Source: Vulcanimicrobiota bacterium
Lineage (GTDB): Bacteria > Vulcanimicrobiota > Vulcanimicrobiia > Vulcanimicrobiales > Vulcanimicrobiaceae
NCBI GenBank assembly: GCA_963695225.1
Contig: OY968762.1
Span: forward strand, 2,560,001-2,624,000
Direction of reading: 5' to 3'
DNA: 64,000 nucleotides
Shown here: piece by piece, positions 37,063 to 47,233 of the stretch
How positions within the stretch are numbered: the stretch's first letter is position 1
How the letters are laid out: every line of letters starts with the position of its first letter
Program-made: the position numbers and the translations under genes
Notes under the pieces: generated by a model
Seen by the model: the letters and a program-made list of their open reading frames with translations, nothing else
The model's database searches: none
Told to the model about the DNA's origin: nothing

Positions 37063-40000
37063 TAGCCTGCGCCTTCGAGACGGTCCGTGCAGTCCTCGTA
37101 AATCGATTTCAGCCGGGCGATCGTCTCCTCGTCGGAGTTCCACAGCCCCCGGCCGTTTGCTTCGAGGAGCCTGCCCGAGATGTTCTTCATCGCGCCCGGA
37201 TTCAGCTTCTGGAGCCGTTCGCGCATCGTGTCGTCGAGGGCGAACGTCTGCGCCGCATCGTTCCAGACCCAATCGTCGACGGCCGAGGTGACGGCGTCCC
37301 AGCCGAGCATATACGTGAACCGGTTGCTGATCTCGGCCGCTCCGGAGTTCCCGTGCTCGAGCATCCCCTCGTACCAGCGCGGGTTGAGCAGCTTCGTGCG
37401 GTACTCCGTGCGCAGCACCTGGTCGACGTCGCGGACGGTCGTCTCCGCCGTGAACGATTCGACGTAGTTGAGCTTCACGCCGGAGGGCGCGCCGGAGCGC
37501 CGCTTCGCCGCCATGAAGAGCGCGCCGGAGGACGAGAAGTAGTGGTCGATGTCGGAGATTCCGAACTCGATCGAGTCGATCTCCTGCACGACGCGGCCGA
37601 CCGTGCCGAGCAGGCGATCGAGGATCTGCGGGACCGGTTGCCCGTGCCGTCCGTTTCCGTAGGCGTACGAGTTGCGCCGCAGGTAGACCGACTCGAGATC
37701 GTCTTGCGTCTTCCAGGCCGAGTCGTCGACCATGTCGTCGACGTACGTGCCGTACGATCCGGGCGCTTGCGTGAGGACGCGCGCGCTCGCGTCGTCGAAC
37801 GTCGTCCCGCGTTCCATCTCGTCGGCTACGTGCTTCTTGATGTAGTTCATCTCGACGGGTTCGTCGGCCGCCGCGGCCGCGCGGATCACCTTGTCGAGAT
37901 AGTCCATCACGACTTCGAACGTGTCGCGGAAGACGGGGCTCAGGTTCAGGACGACGTCGATGCGCGGACGGCCGAGCTCGGCGAGCGGGATCAACTCGTA
38001 GTGGCTGATCTTCCCTTGCCCGTCGTAGGCCGGGCGCGCGCCGATGAAATGCAGCACGGTCGCGACCGCTTCACCCTTGGTCTTGATCGTGTCCAGCCCC
38101 CACAGGACTTGGGCGATCGATTCCGGGTAGACCCCGCCGCTCTCTTCGAGATGCCGTTTCACGATCGTCGCGCCGATCTTCGAACCGCGCAGGTACGCGG
38201 CTTCCGAGGGGATGCGCCACGGATCGATCGCGTGCAGGTTCCGTCCCGTCGGCATCACGCTCGCGCCGTCGCGAATCAGGTCACCGCCCGGCGCCGGAGC
38301 GATGAATCCGCCGGAGAGCGCGCGGGCGATCGCGTCCAACTCGCAACGGTTGTCGGCAAGCGCGATCTTGAGGGACCGGCCGTAATCGACGGCCTCGCGC
38401 AGATGCTCGGCGACGCCGGCTTCGAGGTGATGGTGCGAGCCGACGGCGGCGCCGAACGCGGCGACGGGGGGCTCGTCGGAGAAGATCGAGCGTTCGACGA
38501 ACGCCTGGCACGCGCTGTCGACGGCTTGGCGGAGTTCGAGCGCGACGGGGTCGCCTTTGCGCGCGCGCGTCGAGATGTCGGCGTATCCGCCTGCGGTGCC
38601 GGGTTGGAGCGCCTTGATCGCGAGGCTCGCAACCGAACTCCCGTTGCCGTGCGCCTTGAGCGCCTCGGTCACGAGCGTGACCTGCGTCGAGGGTGCGGCG
38701 GCGACGCCCAAGACGTGGAGCGTCCCCGTGATGAGCCGCTCTTGCAACTCGTGCAGGTAGGCGTAGAGCCGGCTCGCGTAGGTGCCGAACGCTTCGCCCG
38801 CCATGCGCGGACAGTCGGTGTCGATGTTGGCGAGCGCGACGCGCTCCATGATCGCCTCTTCGATCGCGGGATCGAGGGCGGCGCTCTCCGCTCCGGCTGC
38901 GCGGAGCCGCTCGCGGTAGTCCGTCAGCAGATCGTTCAGTTGCAGCAGCTCTTTGTAGAGCCCGGCGCGCGAGAGCGGGGGAACCGCGTGCGAGATCATC
39001 GTCGCGTAGCCGCGCCGCTTCGCGAGGTTCGCTTCGCTCGGATTGTTCGACGGATACAAATACAGATGCGGCAGCTCGCCGAGCAGCGCGTCCGGCCAGC
39101 AGTCGCTCGTCAGACCGAGCTGGAGCCCCGGCATCCATTCGGCCGAGCCGTGCATGCCGACGTGGATCATCGCGTCCGCGCGATACTGTCGCGATACGTA
39201 GCGATAGAACGCGAGGTACTGATACGGCGGGACGTTCTCTTTGTCGAAGAGCAGCCGCATCGGGTCGCCTTCGAGATAATAGCGCGGCTGGATGCCGACG
39301 TAGATGTTGCCGAACTGCAGGCCGCCGACGAAGACCGCGTCCCGCCCCATCGCGCCCATCTCGCCCGGGAACGAACCCCAGCGCGCTTCGAGGCGTTCGC
39401 GTTCGCGCGGCGAGGTGATCTCGCGGAATTGCGCGCGCGTCACGACGCGGGCTTGCCCGGACGTCACGGCTTGGTGCGAATCGGTTGCGACGTCGATTTG
39501 GTGCAAGAGTTCTTCGCGCGTCGCCGGGAGCTCGCCGACGGAGTAGCCTTCGGCCTTGAGCTTACGCAGCAGCTCGAGGATGCTCGACGGGACGTCGAGC
39601 AGCGCCGCCGTCGCTTTCTTCCCGACGCCGGGAGGAAAGTCGTATGCGACGATCGCGATGCGTTTCTCGGAGTTCTTCTTGCGGCGCAACGCGACCCAGC
39701 GCGACGTGAGATCGGCCAAACGCGCCAAGCGGTCCGGCTCGGCGACGAAGCGCCCGTCCTTGAGCGCGCCGAGGACGACGGGCGAAATCGCGCCGTCCAT
39801 CTCCGGCACGGAGTAGAGCACCGCCGACTGCATCGGGCCGACGCCGTGTTCTTTCCAATCCGCGTAATCCTGCACGTAGAGCGGTTGCGTGACGATGTAG
39901 GGTGCGTTGAGCTTCGAGAGGATCTCGAGCGAGATCTCGGCCGCCTGACCGGCTTTCGTCGAACCGGCCGGCCCGCCGACGAGCGCGAAGCCGATCGTGC

Positions 40001-40871
40001 TGACGAGCGCGTCGAGGCGCTCCTTCGCGAGCCATTCGCGCACCGCGACGTGCGATTCGATCCCCGTTACGAAGACGGGATAGACGTAGAGCTTGCGCGC
40101 TTCCAGCGCGCGCAGCACGTCGTCGATGTAGCCTTTGTCCTGCAGCAGATGCTTGCGGAAGAAGAGCAGACCGATCGTGCCCTGCGCGTTTTGCGGTTTT
40201 CCGCGGCGGTCGCGCCAGCGGCGGAAGGCCTTCGGATCGTGGAACAGATCCGGCGCGTCCGGGTGGTAGAGGCCCATCAGCGGAACGTCGGAGGCCGGCT
40301 CCACGCGCGCCGTCCCGCCGAAATACTCGCGCAGGATGAAGCGGAACATGTTGACGATGTTCGACGCTTCCGGCTGGTTCCAGTAGATGTTGACCTGCAT
40401 CCAGTTCTTGAAGTCGTGCATCCGTTCGGGGATGAAACGCATCATCACGCGCGTGAACTTCATCAGCTTGGTGAAGCCGTAGAGCGTGTCTTCCTCGCGC
40501 CCGCCGACGAGCATCCGCGCGACCTTCTTCATGCCCTCGGGCATGCCGGTCTTGCCGGCCATCGAATACTCGCCGACCTTCGTCAGCGACATCACCTCGG
40601 GCATCGACTCGAACGCGAAGACGGTCTTCGCGCGCGATTGCAGGACTTGCTCGCGCAGCCAATCCGCCTCGGTCTTGAAGTTGAGCATCGTCATGAAGAC
40701 GCAATCCGCATCGCGAATCGCCTGCGCCGCCTCGGGAGACTGCTTTTGCAGATCTTTTTCGGTGAAGCGCGAGAGCGTGGCGTCGGGTGCGATCTGTTCG
40801 TGAACCTCGCGCCAGAGCGCCTCGTTATAGTGCTCCATGCCGACGACGGCAACGATGTGCGGTTTGCTCAT
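37062..40871 (-). CDS. bchH: Magnesium chelatase subunit H
   Basis: IGFALVGGPA, HVGMHGSAEWMPG, NNPSEA..AKRRG, PTGRNLHAIDP, LWGLD.IKT.GE, RTKLLNPRWYEGML. Confidence 0.95.
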   Translation of the reverse strand: MSKPHIVAVVGMEHYNEALWREVHEQIAPDATLSRFTEKDLQKQSPEAAQAIRDADCVFMTMLNFKTEADWLREQVLQSRAKTVFAFESMPEVMSLTKVGEYSMAGKTGMPEGMKKVARMLVGGREEDTLYGFTKLMKFTRVMMRFIPERMHDFKNWMQVNIYWNQPEASNIVNMFRFILREYFGGTARVEPASDVPLMGLYHPDAPDLFHDPKAFRRWRDRRGKPQNAQGTIGLLFFRKHLLQDKGYIDDVLRALEARKLYVYPVFVTGIESHVAVREWLAKERLDALVSTIGFALVGGPAGSTKAGQAAEISLEILSKLNAPYIVTQPLYVQDYADWKEHGVGPMQSAVLYSVPEMDGAISPVVLGALKDGRFVAEPDRLARLADLTSRWVALRRKKNSEKRIAIVAYDFPPGVGKKATAALLDVPSSILELLRKLKAEGYSVGELPATREELLHQIDVATDSHQAVTSGQARVVTRAQFREITSPRERERLEARWGSFPGEMGAMGRDAVFVGGLQFGNIYVGIQPRYYLEGDPMRLLFDKENVPPYQYLAFYRYVSRQYRADAMIHVGMHGSAEWMPGLQLGLTSDCWPDALLGELPHLYLYPSNNPSEANLAKRRGYATMISHAVPPLSRAGLYKELLQLNDLLTDYRERLRAAGAESAALDPAIEEAIMERVALANIDTDCPRMAGEAFGTYASRLYAYLHELQERLITGTLHVLGVAAAPSTQVTLVTEALKAHGNGSSVASLAIKALQPGTAGGYADISTRARKGDPVALELRQAVDSACQAFVERSIFSDEPPVAAFGAAVGSHHHLEAGVAEHLREAVDYGRSLKIALADNRCELDAIARALSGGFIAPAPGGDLIRDGASVMPTGRNLHAIDPWRIPSEAAYLRGSKIGATIVKRHLEESGGVYPESIAQVLWGLDTIKTKGEAVATVLHFIGARPAYDGQGKISHYELIPLAELGRPRIDVVLNLSPVFRDTFEVVMDYLDKVIRAAAAADEPVEMNYIKKHVADEMERGTTFDDASARVLTQAPGSYGTYVDDMVDDSAWKTQDDLESVYLRRNSYAYGNGRHGQPVPQILDRLLGTVGRVVQEIDSIEFGISDIDHYFSSSGALFMAAKRRSGAPSGVKLNYVESFTAETTVRDVDQVLRTEYRTKLLNPRWYEGMLEHGNSGAAEISNRFTYMLGWDAVTSAVDDWVWNDAAQTFALDDTMRERLQKLNPGAMKNISGRLLEANGRGLWNSDEETIARLKSIYEDCTDRLEGAG

Positions 40872-40872
40872 G

Positions 40873-42678
40873 TCAGAGATGCCTCACGATGTCCGCTGCG
40901 TTCGCATTCGGAAGATACAGGTAACGCGCGTCGAGATAATCGGCGAGGCGCGGGGCGTAGCCGCGCGAGAGATAATCGACCTGTGTGTCGACGACGATCG
41001 CCCGGCAACCGTCTGCTCGGATGAGAGCGCAGACTCGGCGGACTTCGTCGTCGATCTCGGCTTCGCTTGCCCGCTCGCCGTCGGGACGCGGCTGGAGGGG
41101 GACGTTCCCCCGCCCGTCCGTCATCAGGATCAACACGGATTGCTGCAGGCCGCGGGCCCGGGCTTGGCGCGCGGTCTGCCAAGCCGCGACGAGCGCGGCG
41201 GCGAGCGGCGTCGCGCCGCCCGTCGGAAGGACGTCGAGTTCGCGCTTCGCCCGCTCGACGCTCTGCGTGGGAGGGAGCAGCACTTTTGCCTCGCGCCCGC
41301 GGAACGAGATCAAGCCGATGTGGTCGCGGTGGACGTAGGCCTGCTGCAGGAGCGTCGTGACCGCCCCTTTCGCTTCGCGCATGCGGTTCACGGCCATCGA
41401 GCCCGAGGCGTCGACGACGAACAGGAAGAGCGTCCCCGCCTTCGTGCGGAAGCGTTTGATACGGAAATCGTCGCGCTCGACCGCGAAGCGGGACCCCGCG
41501 CCGCGCATCTTCTGACGCGGTGCGGCCGCGATCAGCGTGGGGAAGAGCGCGAGCGAGCCGGTCTTCGGGGAGCCGGGGTGGGCGCCGACGACCCGGCCGC
41601 GCTTGGCGTGCTTCGTCTCGCCGCGGCTTCCGGCCGATCCGCGGGCGGCCTTCGCGAAGGGCATGTTGAGCAGATTCGGCGGCAGGATCACGGCGACCGA
41701 GCCGACGAGCAGCTCGCCCGCCGATTCGGCGCTTTCGCCTTCCGGCGGTTCCTCGTCGTCCTTCTCGGGCTCGTCGTCCGGCTCGGAGGCCGCTTGCTCT
41801 TGCGGCTCCTCTTGCTTCTGCTGCTCGGGAGGCTCCGGCGGTTTCGGCATTTGCGTCGCGCGCGGGAGCAGGACGAGCTTGCAAGCAAGCGCCACGTCGT
41901 CGTCGGAGACGGCCGCCCGGCCCCCGAGCGCGGCGCTCGCGATAGCGGCGCGGGCGGCGAAGATGTCGGCCCGGTTACCTTCGACGCCGAGGCTGAGCGC
42001 GGCGAGGGAGAGTTCGGTCAGCTGCTCGTCCTCGATCGTCACCGCGGCCAGGCGCGCTCGGGCGCGTGCGACGTTCTCGCGCCATAGGGCGATTTCGTCG
42101 GCGTCGTCTTTTGCGGAGGCGGGGCGGTCGCGGCCGGTGACGGCGCGGACGACGTCGGCCCGGCCTTCGGGGTCCCGCTGGGCGGGCAGCGCGACGATCA
42201 GCGCGAGCCGGTCGAGAATGTCACGCGGCGGCTCGCCGTCGCTCGGGTCGAAGCTCGCGACGAGCATGAAGCGGGCCGGCTGCACGAGGCTCAGGCCTTC
42301 CCGCTCGATCGCGACGCTGCCGCGAGACATCACGTCGAGGAGCTGCGTGACGACCGCTTGGTCGAGCCGGTTGAGCGCGTCGACGTACAGGACGCCGCCG
42401 TCGGCGCGCGCCAGGACGCCGCTCTCGACCACGCGCCGGCCGGTCGTGAGCATCGTCTCGAAATCGAGGCCGCCGAGGACCCGATCCTGCGTGATTCCGA
42501 GCGGCAGCTCAACGAACGGGGCGCCCTCGGGGATCGCGTGGGCGAGCGTGCGCGCGAGCGAGCTCTTCCCGGAACCGACGGAGCCTGAGATCGCGAGGCC
42601 GCCCAATCCCGGGTCGACCGCTAGGAGGAGCGTCGCTTCGAGTGCTGCTTCGAGTCCGACGAGCCGGCTCGCCAACAT
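40873..42678 (-). CDS. bchD: Magnesium chelatase subunit D
   Basis: AAA-like N-term, Pro/acidic linker, vWA DASGSMAVNRM..AKGA, TDGRGN. Confidence 0.95.
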   Translation of the reverse strand: MLASRLVGLEAALEATLLLAVDPGLGGLAISGSVGSGKSSLARTLAHAIPEGAPFVELPLGITQDRVLGGLDFETMLTTGRRVVESGVLARADGGVLYVDALNRLDQAVVTQLLDVMSRGSVAIEREGLSLVQPARFMLVASFDPSDGEPPRDILDRLALIVALPAQRDPEGRADVVRAVTGRDRPASAKDDADEIALWRENVARARARLAAVTIEDEQLTELSLAALSLGVEGNRADIFAARAAIASAALGGRAAVSDDDVALACKLVLLPRATQMPKPPEPPEQQKQEEPQEQAASEPDDEPEKDDEEPPEGESAESAGELLVGSVAVILPPNLLNMPFAKAARGSAGSRGETKHAKRGRVVGAHPGSPKTGSLALFPTLIAAAPRQKMRGAGSRFAVERDDFRIKRFRTKAGTLFLFVVDASGSMAVNRMREAKGAVTTLLQQAYVHRDHIGLISFRGREAKVLLPPTQSVERAKRELDVLPTGGATPLAAALVAAWQTARQARARGLQQSVLILMTDGRGNVPLQPRPDGERASEAEIDDEVRRVCALIRADGCRAIVVDTQVDYLSRGYAPRLADYLDARYLYLPNANAADIVRHL

Positions 42679-42681
42679 CGG

Positions 42682-43818
42682 CTAGAGTTTCTCGAGTTCT
42701 CGCTGGATCCGCTCGTCCGAATCCGTCGTCTCCAGCGGATCGCGCCGCAGGCGGTGGCGGAGGGCCATCAGGGCCACGGTGCGCACGTCGCCGAGCGTCG
42801 CACGCTTATGACCCTGGTAGGCGGCATGCGCGCACGCTGCGCGCGTGATGGTCAACTCGCCGCGATGCCCGTCGATCCCCAAGTCGGAACAGAGCTGCGC
42901 GATCGCGAGCAGGACGTCGTCGGGCATCGCGACGGCGCCGGCGCGCTTGCGCGCCCGGGCGATGCGCGAAGTCCATTCCTTTTGGTCGGCTTCCCAGGCT
43001 TCCGCGAACGCCTGGGGGTCGTTGTCGAACGACCGGCGGCGCTTGACGATCTCCACCCGCTGCACCGGGTCGAGGACGGTCGTGATGCGGACGTTGAGGC
43101 CGAAGCGGTCGAGCAGCTGCGGGCGCAGGTCGCCTTCTTCGGGATTTCCGGAGCCGACGAGGACGAAGCGCGCCGGGTGGGCGACGCTGATCCCCTCGCG
43201 CTCGACGACGTTGCGCCCGCTCGCGGCGACATCCAATAGGAGATCGACCAGATGGTCCTCCAGCAGATTGACCTCGTCGATGTACAGGAAGCCGCGATGG
43301 GCCCGGGCGAGCAGCCCCGGCTCGAAGCGCTTCTTCCCGTGGGCGAGCGCTTGCTCGATGTCGATCGTCCCGCAAATGCGATCTTCCGTCGCGCCGAGCG
43401 GGAGGTCCACGACGGGAACCGGGATCTTCTCGGTCTTCGTCGCGTGCGGCTCGTCGAATTCTTCGGGCATCCGGTTGCAGGCATCGCCCACGGCACGCGT
43501 GATGCTTGGGAGGATCTCCGCGAGAGCGCGGACCGCGGTACTCTTCGCCGTGCCGCGGTGGCCCATGATCATCACGCCGCCGACGCGTGGATCGACCACG
43601 TTCAAGATCAGCGCCAGCTTCATCTCGTCCTGGCCGACGATCGCGCTGAACGGATAGTTCGGGGCGGCGCCGTTCCGGCGTTCTGCGGGCTTGGGCTGCG
43701 GCTTCGCTTTCGGCTTCGCTTTCGTCTGTGCCGCAGCTTCCTCGGCGACGGCCACGGGAAGAACGGCCCGGGTTCCGGGAGACGGGGACGAGCCGTTGAC
43801 GGGCTGCTGAATGGACAC
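42682..43818 (-). CDS. bchI: Magnesium chelatase subunit I
   Basis: YPFSAIVGQDEMKLAL, GHRGTAKST, LYIDEVNLL, NPEEGDLRPQLLDRFG. Confidence 0.96.
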   Translation of the reverse strand: MSIQQPVNGSSPSPGTRAVLPVAVAEEAAAQTKAKPKAKPQPKPAERRNGAAPNYPFSAIVGQDEMKLALILNVVDPRVGGVMIMGHRGTAKSTAVRALAEILPSITRAVGDACNRMPEEFDEPHATKTEKIPVPVVDLPLGATEDRICGTIDIEQALAHGKKRFEPGLLARAHRGFLYIDEVNLLEDHLVDLLLDVAASGRNVVEREGISVAHPARFVLVGSGNPEEGDLRPQLLDRFGLNVRITTVLDPVQRVEIVKRRRSFDNDPQAFAEAWEADQKEWTSRIARARKRAGAVAMPDDVLLAIAQLCSDLGIDGHRGELTITRAACAHAAYQGHKRATLGDVRTVALMALRHRLRRDPLETTDSDERIQRELEKL

Positions 43819-43882
43819 AAGAAGCCTCAGGGACAGACGAGTAGGCTGCCGACATTACAGCACCGCACGGTCCCCGGGAGCC

Positions 43883-43896
43883 GTGACTTTCGACAC
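43883..43896 (-). promoter_or_regulatory. CRP-type site upstream of bchI
   Basis: cGTGActttcgaCACA; best TAN3T is 25 nt away, so the spacing is imperfect. Confidence 0.45.
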
Positions 43897-43923
43897 AAAT
43901 TCGCGAGAGGCGTTATCAGTTAA

Positions 43924-44421
43924 CTAACGGCGGGATCGACCTCGTCTTTCCACATGCGGCGATTGCTCGCGCACGAGCGCCATCGCGCGTCGCGCCGAGG
44001 CGTGTTTGAGAACGTATTGCGTGACGTTGACGACGTACGCGAGGTAGGAGACGATCAGCACGGCGACGTTCGCCGCAAGGTTGTCGGGCGAATGGTAGTA
44101 CACGAGCAAGTAGCCGATCTGGAAGAGCGCGACGACGTACGTCATCAAGTCTTCGAGGAAGAATTGCGGCGCGAACCACCAGTAGCCGTAGACGGCCCGC
44201 TCCCAGAGCGAGCCCGTGACGACGGCGCCGGCCATCAACGCGATCTTCAGCAGCGCGGAGAGGTGCACCACGTTGAACGAGATCTGACCGGCGAAGAAGA
44301 AGCCGATCAAGATGACGCTTACGACGCACACCGCCAGTTGCGCGAACGCAAACGGCGGATGGATCCTCGTCCAAATCGTAGCCTCGCGACGCTGGGCGAT
44401 CGCGAGCCGGCTATCGTCCAT
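43924..44421 (-). CDS. bchF: 3-vinyl bacteriochlorophyllide hydratase (paralogue 1)
   Basis: RRE.TIWT.IH..FA..Q, LLKI, VTGSLWE..VYG..WFAP.FF.ED, Y.AYVVN..QY. Confidence 0.9.
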   Translation of the reverse strand: MDDSRLAIAQRREATIWTRIHPPFAFAQLAVCVVSVILIGFFFAGQISFNVVHLSALLKIALMAGAVVTGSLWERAVYGYWWFAPQFFLEDLMTYVVALFQIGYLLVYYHSPDNLAANVAVLIVSYLAYVVNVTQYVLKHASARRAMALVREQSPHVERRGRSRR

Positions 44422-44457
44422 GGAACTCCCGGCTTCGGCAAGGGGTGACCTGTTGGG

Positions 44458-44500
44458 ATTGTAGGATGCCTCCGGGGCCGCCGATTGTCGCCCCGGCTAC
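44458..44500 (-). promoter_or_regulatory. NtcA-type (variant) class II promoter for bchF paralogue 1
   Basis: Minus strand tGTAgccggggcGACa, 23 nt, TACAAT. Confidence 0.6.
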
Positions 44501-44607
44501 ATGCGCGCGCGCGGTTCCACGATTCGAACGCCAAAAAAGCCCGCCGCAGGCCTTTCTGTGGCCGCGACGGGCTTTGCGTGCGAGTCGGAAAGGGGGCCGC
44601 GTGCTGC

Positions 44608-44727
44608 TTAGAGCGCGTCCTCAGGATCGATCCAGGGCCACGGAATCAGCGCGAGGATCGGAGAGGCGATGATCGTTCCCACAATGATGAGCGTGAAGAT
44701 GAGCGTGGTGCCGAATGTTGCTTCCAT
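44608..44727 (-). CDS. 39-aa single-TM peptide (copy B)
   Basis: Translates identically to 21255-21374; below the ORF-track cutoff; GGGAG RBS. Confidence 0.88.
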   Translation of the reverse strand: MEATFGTTLIFTLIIVGTIIASPILALIPWPWIDPEDAL

Positions 44728-44768
44728 CGATACTCCCTGTCTGTAACCAAGCGTATCACACGCGGGGT

Positions 44769-44782
44769 GTAGCTGAAGCTAC
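44769..44782. promoter_or_regulatory. GTA-N8-TAC palindrome upstream of 39-aa gene copy B
   Basis: gtGTAgctgaagcTACac. Confidence 0.65.
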
Positions 44783-45819
44783 ACGCCCAGCGCGACCGGT
44801 TTGAATGCGCGCAGTTGCTCGCGATTCGTGGGGACGGCGATCGCACCTTCGACGATCGCACGGTCGATCGCCGTCAGCCGCTCGCGTTGCGTTTCGGAAA
44901 GAGCTTTGCGCGTCACCGCCGTGTCGGTGAGGCCGATCGCGCCCTCCTCGAGCCCGAGTTCGAGCTGGCCGCTGATCGGCTTCTGCGAAACGGTATCCTC
45001 GCAGATTCGGAAAACGCCGACGTCGATGCGCTTGACCATGCTCGTGAGTACCTTCCCGGATGCGAGCGCATCTTGATCCGTCTCCGCGCCGATGACGTAA
45101 GCCCTGTGTGACTTCACCTCTTCGAATGTGCCGAGCCCCGCTTTGCCGGCTGCGGCGAACACGACGTCGGCATGTTTGGCGAAGAGATCGCGCGCGATGC
45201 GCCTGCCGCCGTCGTAGTCGAAGTTCGAACCGACGTAAGACACGAGCACGTTCACCCCGGGATCGGCCTCCCGCGCGCCCGCAGCGTAGCCCGCCTCGAC
45301 CCGGCGCAACTGCGGCGTATCGACGCCGCCGAGGAACGCTATCGTCTTCGTCTTCGTGACCATCGCGGCGGCGGCGCCGGCGAGAAACGCTCCGTCTTGC
45401 TCGCGAAAGGTAACCGACGTGACGTTGGGGACATTCACGATCGCGTCGATGATCGTGAAGTTGCGCTTGGGCCAGCGCCGCGCGACGGCGGCGACGTCTT
45501 TCGCCATGTCGAAGCCGATCGCGATCGTCTGATCGGTGTCCTTCGTCGCCATCAGCGTCAGGTTCGAGAAGTAATCGGAGCTGCTGCGCGACTCGAGCAC
45601 GTCGATTTGGATGTGCAACCGGCGTTGCGCCTCTTGCAGAGCCGCGTACGCTGCGTCGTTGAACGAGCGGTCCCCGAGGCCGTTCGAATCGGTCACCAAA
45701 CCTAGCTTTGGGCCGGCGTTGACGGGGGGCGGAGTCTTGTTGCAGCCCGCGAGTGGGGCGCAGAGAACGAGCGCGAGTCCTATGAGCGCGACCGAAAGCC
45801 TCGATAGCATCGGCATCAC
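44779..45819 (-). CDS. BMP-family ABC transporter substrate-binding lipoprotein
   Basis: LAGC lipobox, GLGDRSFN, FREQDGAFLAG, VLTSMVKRID. Confidence 0.9.
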   Translation of the reverse strand: MMPMLSRLSVALIGLALVLCAPLAGCNKTPPPVNAGPKLGLVTDSNGLGDRSFNDAAYAALQEAQRRLHIQIDVLESRSSSDYFSNLTLMATKDTDQTIAIGFDMAKDVAAVARRWPKRNFTIIDAIVNVPNVTSVTFREQDGAFLAGAAAAMVTKTKTIAFLGGVDTPQLRRVEAGYAAGAREADPGVNVLVSYVGSNFDYDGGRRIARDLFAKHADVVFAAAGKAGLGTFEEVKSHRAYVIGAETDQDALASGKVLTSMVKRIDVGVFRICEDTVSQKPISGQLELGLEEGAIGLTDTAVTRKALSETQRERLTAIDRAIVEGAIAVPTNREQLRAFKPVALGV

Positions 45820-45879
45820 CTACCCCAGGGACGCCGCCTATCCTCCCCGGCGCCGCACCGCGGCGCCGGGGAGGATTCG

Positions 45880-46115
45880 TTGAACAGGCACTCCGCCTGC
45901 GGCTCCGCGCCCCCCGCGCGCCAAGCGCGCGGGGTCCCCCACGGGTAGAGCCGCGGACCCTGCCGCGCAGCGGCGCCGGGGAGGATAGGCGCACGCCAAG
46001 CGCGCGGGGTCCCCCACGGGTAGAGCCGCGGACCCTGCCGCGCAGCGGCGCCGGGGAGGATAGGCGCGCGCCAGGCGCGCGGGGGGCGCGGGTAGGGCCC
46101 GCGGGCCCTGCCGCC
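45880..46115. repeat. 75-nt tandem repeat (2 near-exact + 1 degenerate), family B
   Basis: Units starting at 45921, 45996 and 46071; GC-rich hairpins. Confidence 0.8.
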
Positions 46116-46142
46116 TGCTGCGCGGTGGAAGGGCCTGGAGTG

Positions 46143-46185
46143 GTAGCGCAGGCTACAGGCCGGACCGGGGGGGCTATGCTAATCT
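46143..46185 (+). promoter_or_regulatory. NtcA-type class II promoter for PYYYGG pair (copy B)
   Basis: GTAgcgcaggcTAC, 23 nt, TGc-TAATCT. Confidence 0.68.
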
Positions 46186-46283
46186 GCGTCTAGGAGCTGT
46201 CTAGCATAACTCCGGCGGTGCCGTCAGCGTAAGGCTCGGTGCGCCGACGGCTCCTCTTCACGATAAATGAAAGGTTGCGCAGA

Positions 46284-46538
46284 ATGAGTTCGTTCAAGAA
46301 GGCGATCGCAACGTTGGGAGCGGCAGCGTTCGGTTTGTTCGCATTCCTCCAAGTGCACGGGTATGCGCTTGCGACGGAACTCGATGGTAACAAAGAAACC
46401 ATCGGCAAGCCCTATTATTACGGTGGATATCCTGGCCCGCCGACCTGGTTCTGGATCCTTGCGTTCAGCTCCATCCTGGCTGCCGTCGTGGTCTTCATGG
46501 CCGACGCCAGCGTTCGGAACGCCGGCAAGAATCGTTAG
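46284..46538 (+). CDS. PYYYGGYPGPP family member 1 (copy B)
   Basis: Mature part nearly identical to 21611-21874. Confidence 0.85.
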   Translation: MSSFKKAIATLGAAAFGLFAFLQVHGYALATELDGNKETIGKPYYYGGYPGPPTWFWILAFSSILAAVVVFMADASVRNAGKNR

Positions 46539-46580
46539 TCCGTTTGACGTCGATCGCCTGAGTTTGAAGGGGTGCGAAGA

Positions 46581-46862
46581 ATGACTTCTTTGTCCAAGCG
46601 TACGAGGGCGGTCTCGCGTGGCCTCGGTTTGGCGGGGGCGCTCGTCCCCGCCCTGATCGCGGTCGTCCAACAGGTGGCGCTAGCGGCGGGTGATACCTCC
46701 GTACCGAACCCCTACTACTACGGGGGATATCCTGGGCCGCCGGCATGGTTTTGGATCCTAGTCTTCCCCGGCTTCCTTGCGGCGCTCGTGTTCCCAATGG
46801 CCAGTGGCTGGCTGAGCAACGCCTATAAGGAAGCAAACGCCAACCTGCGCAACAGGGGCTGA
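46581..46862 (+). CDS. PYYYGGYPGPP family member 2 (copy B)
   Basis: Nearly identical to 21915-22193. Confidence 0.85.
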   Translation: MTSLSKRTRAVSRGLGLAGALVPALIAVVQQVALAAGDTSVPNPYYYGGYPGPPAWFWILVFPGFLAALVFPMASGWLSNAYKEANANLRNRG

Positions 46863-46869
46863 CGCTTCG

Positions 46870-46914
46870 AATACATTGGGGGGTGGCCTTCAGGCCGCCC
46901 CCCAATGTATTTTC
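46870..46914 (+). terminator. Rho-independent terminator
   Basis: aatacattggggggtggcc-ttca-ggccgccccccaatgtatt followed by T run. Confidence 0.8.
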
Positions 46915-47233
46915 CTCCGGCCGGTTCAGGGCTCTCCGAGGGTCGGGCGGCTGAGGCCTGGCGTAGTATTTGGGTTGCCGTTCGTCTTTACGGTCCTAGC
47001 CCCGGGCGCTTGCCGTCGGGGGCATTTGTCTGTGCGTTCGAGCACATCCGCCCGCCCCGGAACTAGTGGATGCTTTGGTGGGCGGCCCCGTCGCAAGGCG
47101 GACGCTCGAAAAAGGGAAGCCGCGCAGGGGCGATAATGGCAGCGGGGTTGCGATCATCCCGCGTTGAGCGCACTCGAGGGTAGTAATTCTGAACGACGTA
47201 ACGCTCCTCAAAAGTCTGTCGACGTTATGGCGC

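Noticed and set aside
37062..40871. Cobaltochelatase CobN
   Set aside because: GFALVGGPA, LWGLD.IKT and RTKLLNP.W motifs and the bchID/photosynthesis context favour BchH
37008..41024. 1338-aa plus-strand ORF (and many other long overlapping ORFs)
   Set aside because: Antisense or alternate-frame shadows of real genes (here bchH), expected at this GC content; no motifs
40868..41884. Possible frameshift in bchD
   Set aside because: The 40873-42678 ORF already contains AAA, linker and vWA domains intact
45880..46115. Possible CRISPR array
   Set aside because: 75-nt units repeat in full with no unique spacers, and there are no cas genes
47132..47156. Fur box before the ABC transporter
   Set aside because: Only a GATAATG half-match, no palindrome
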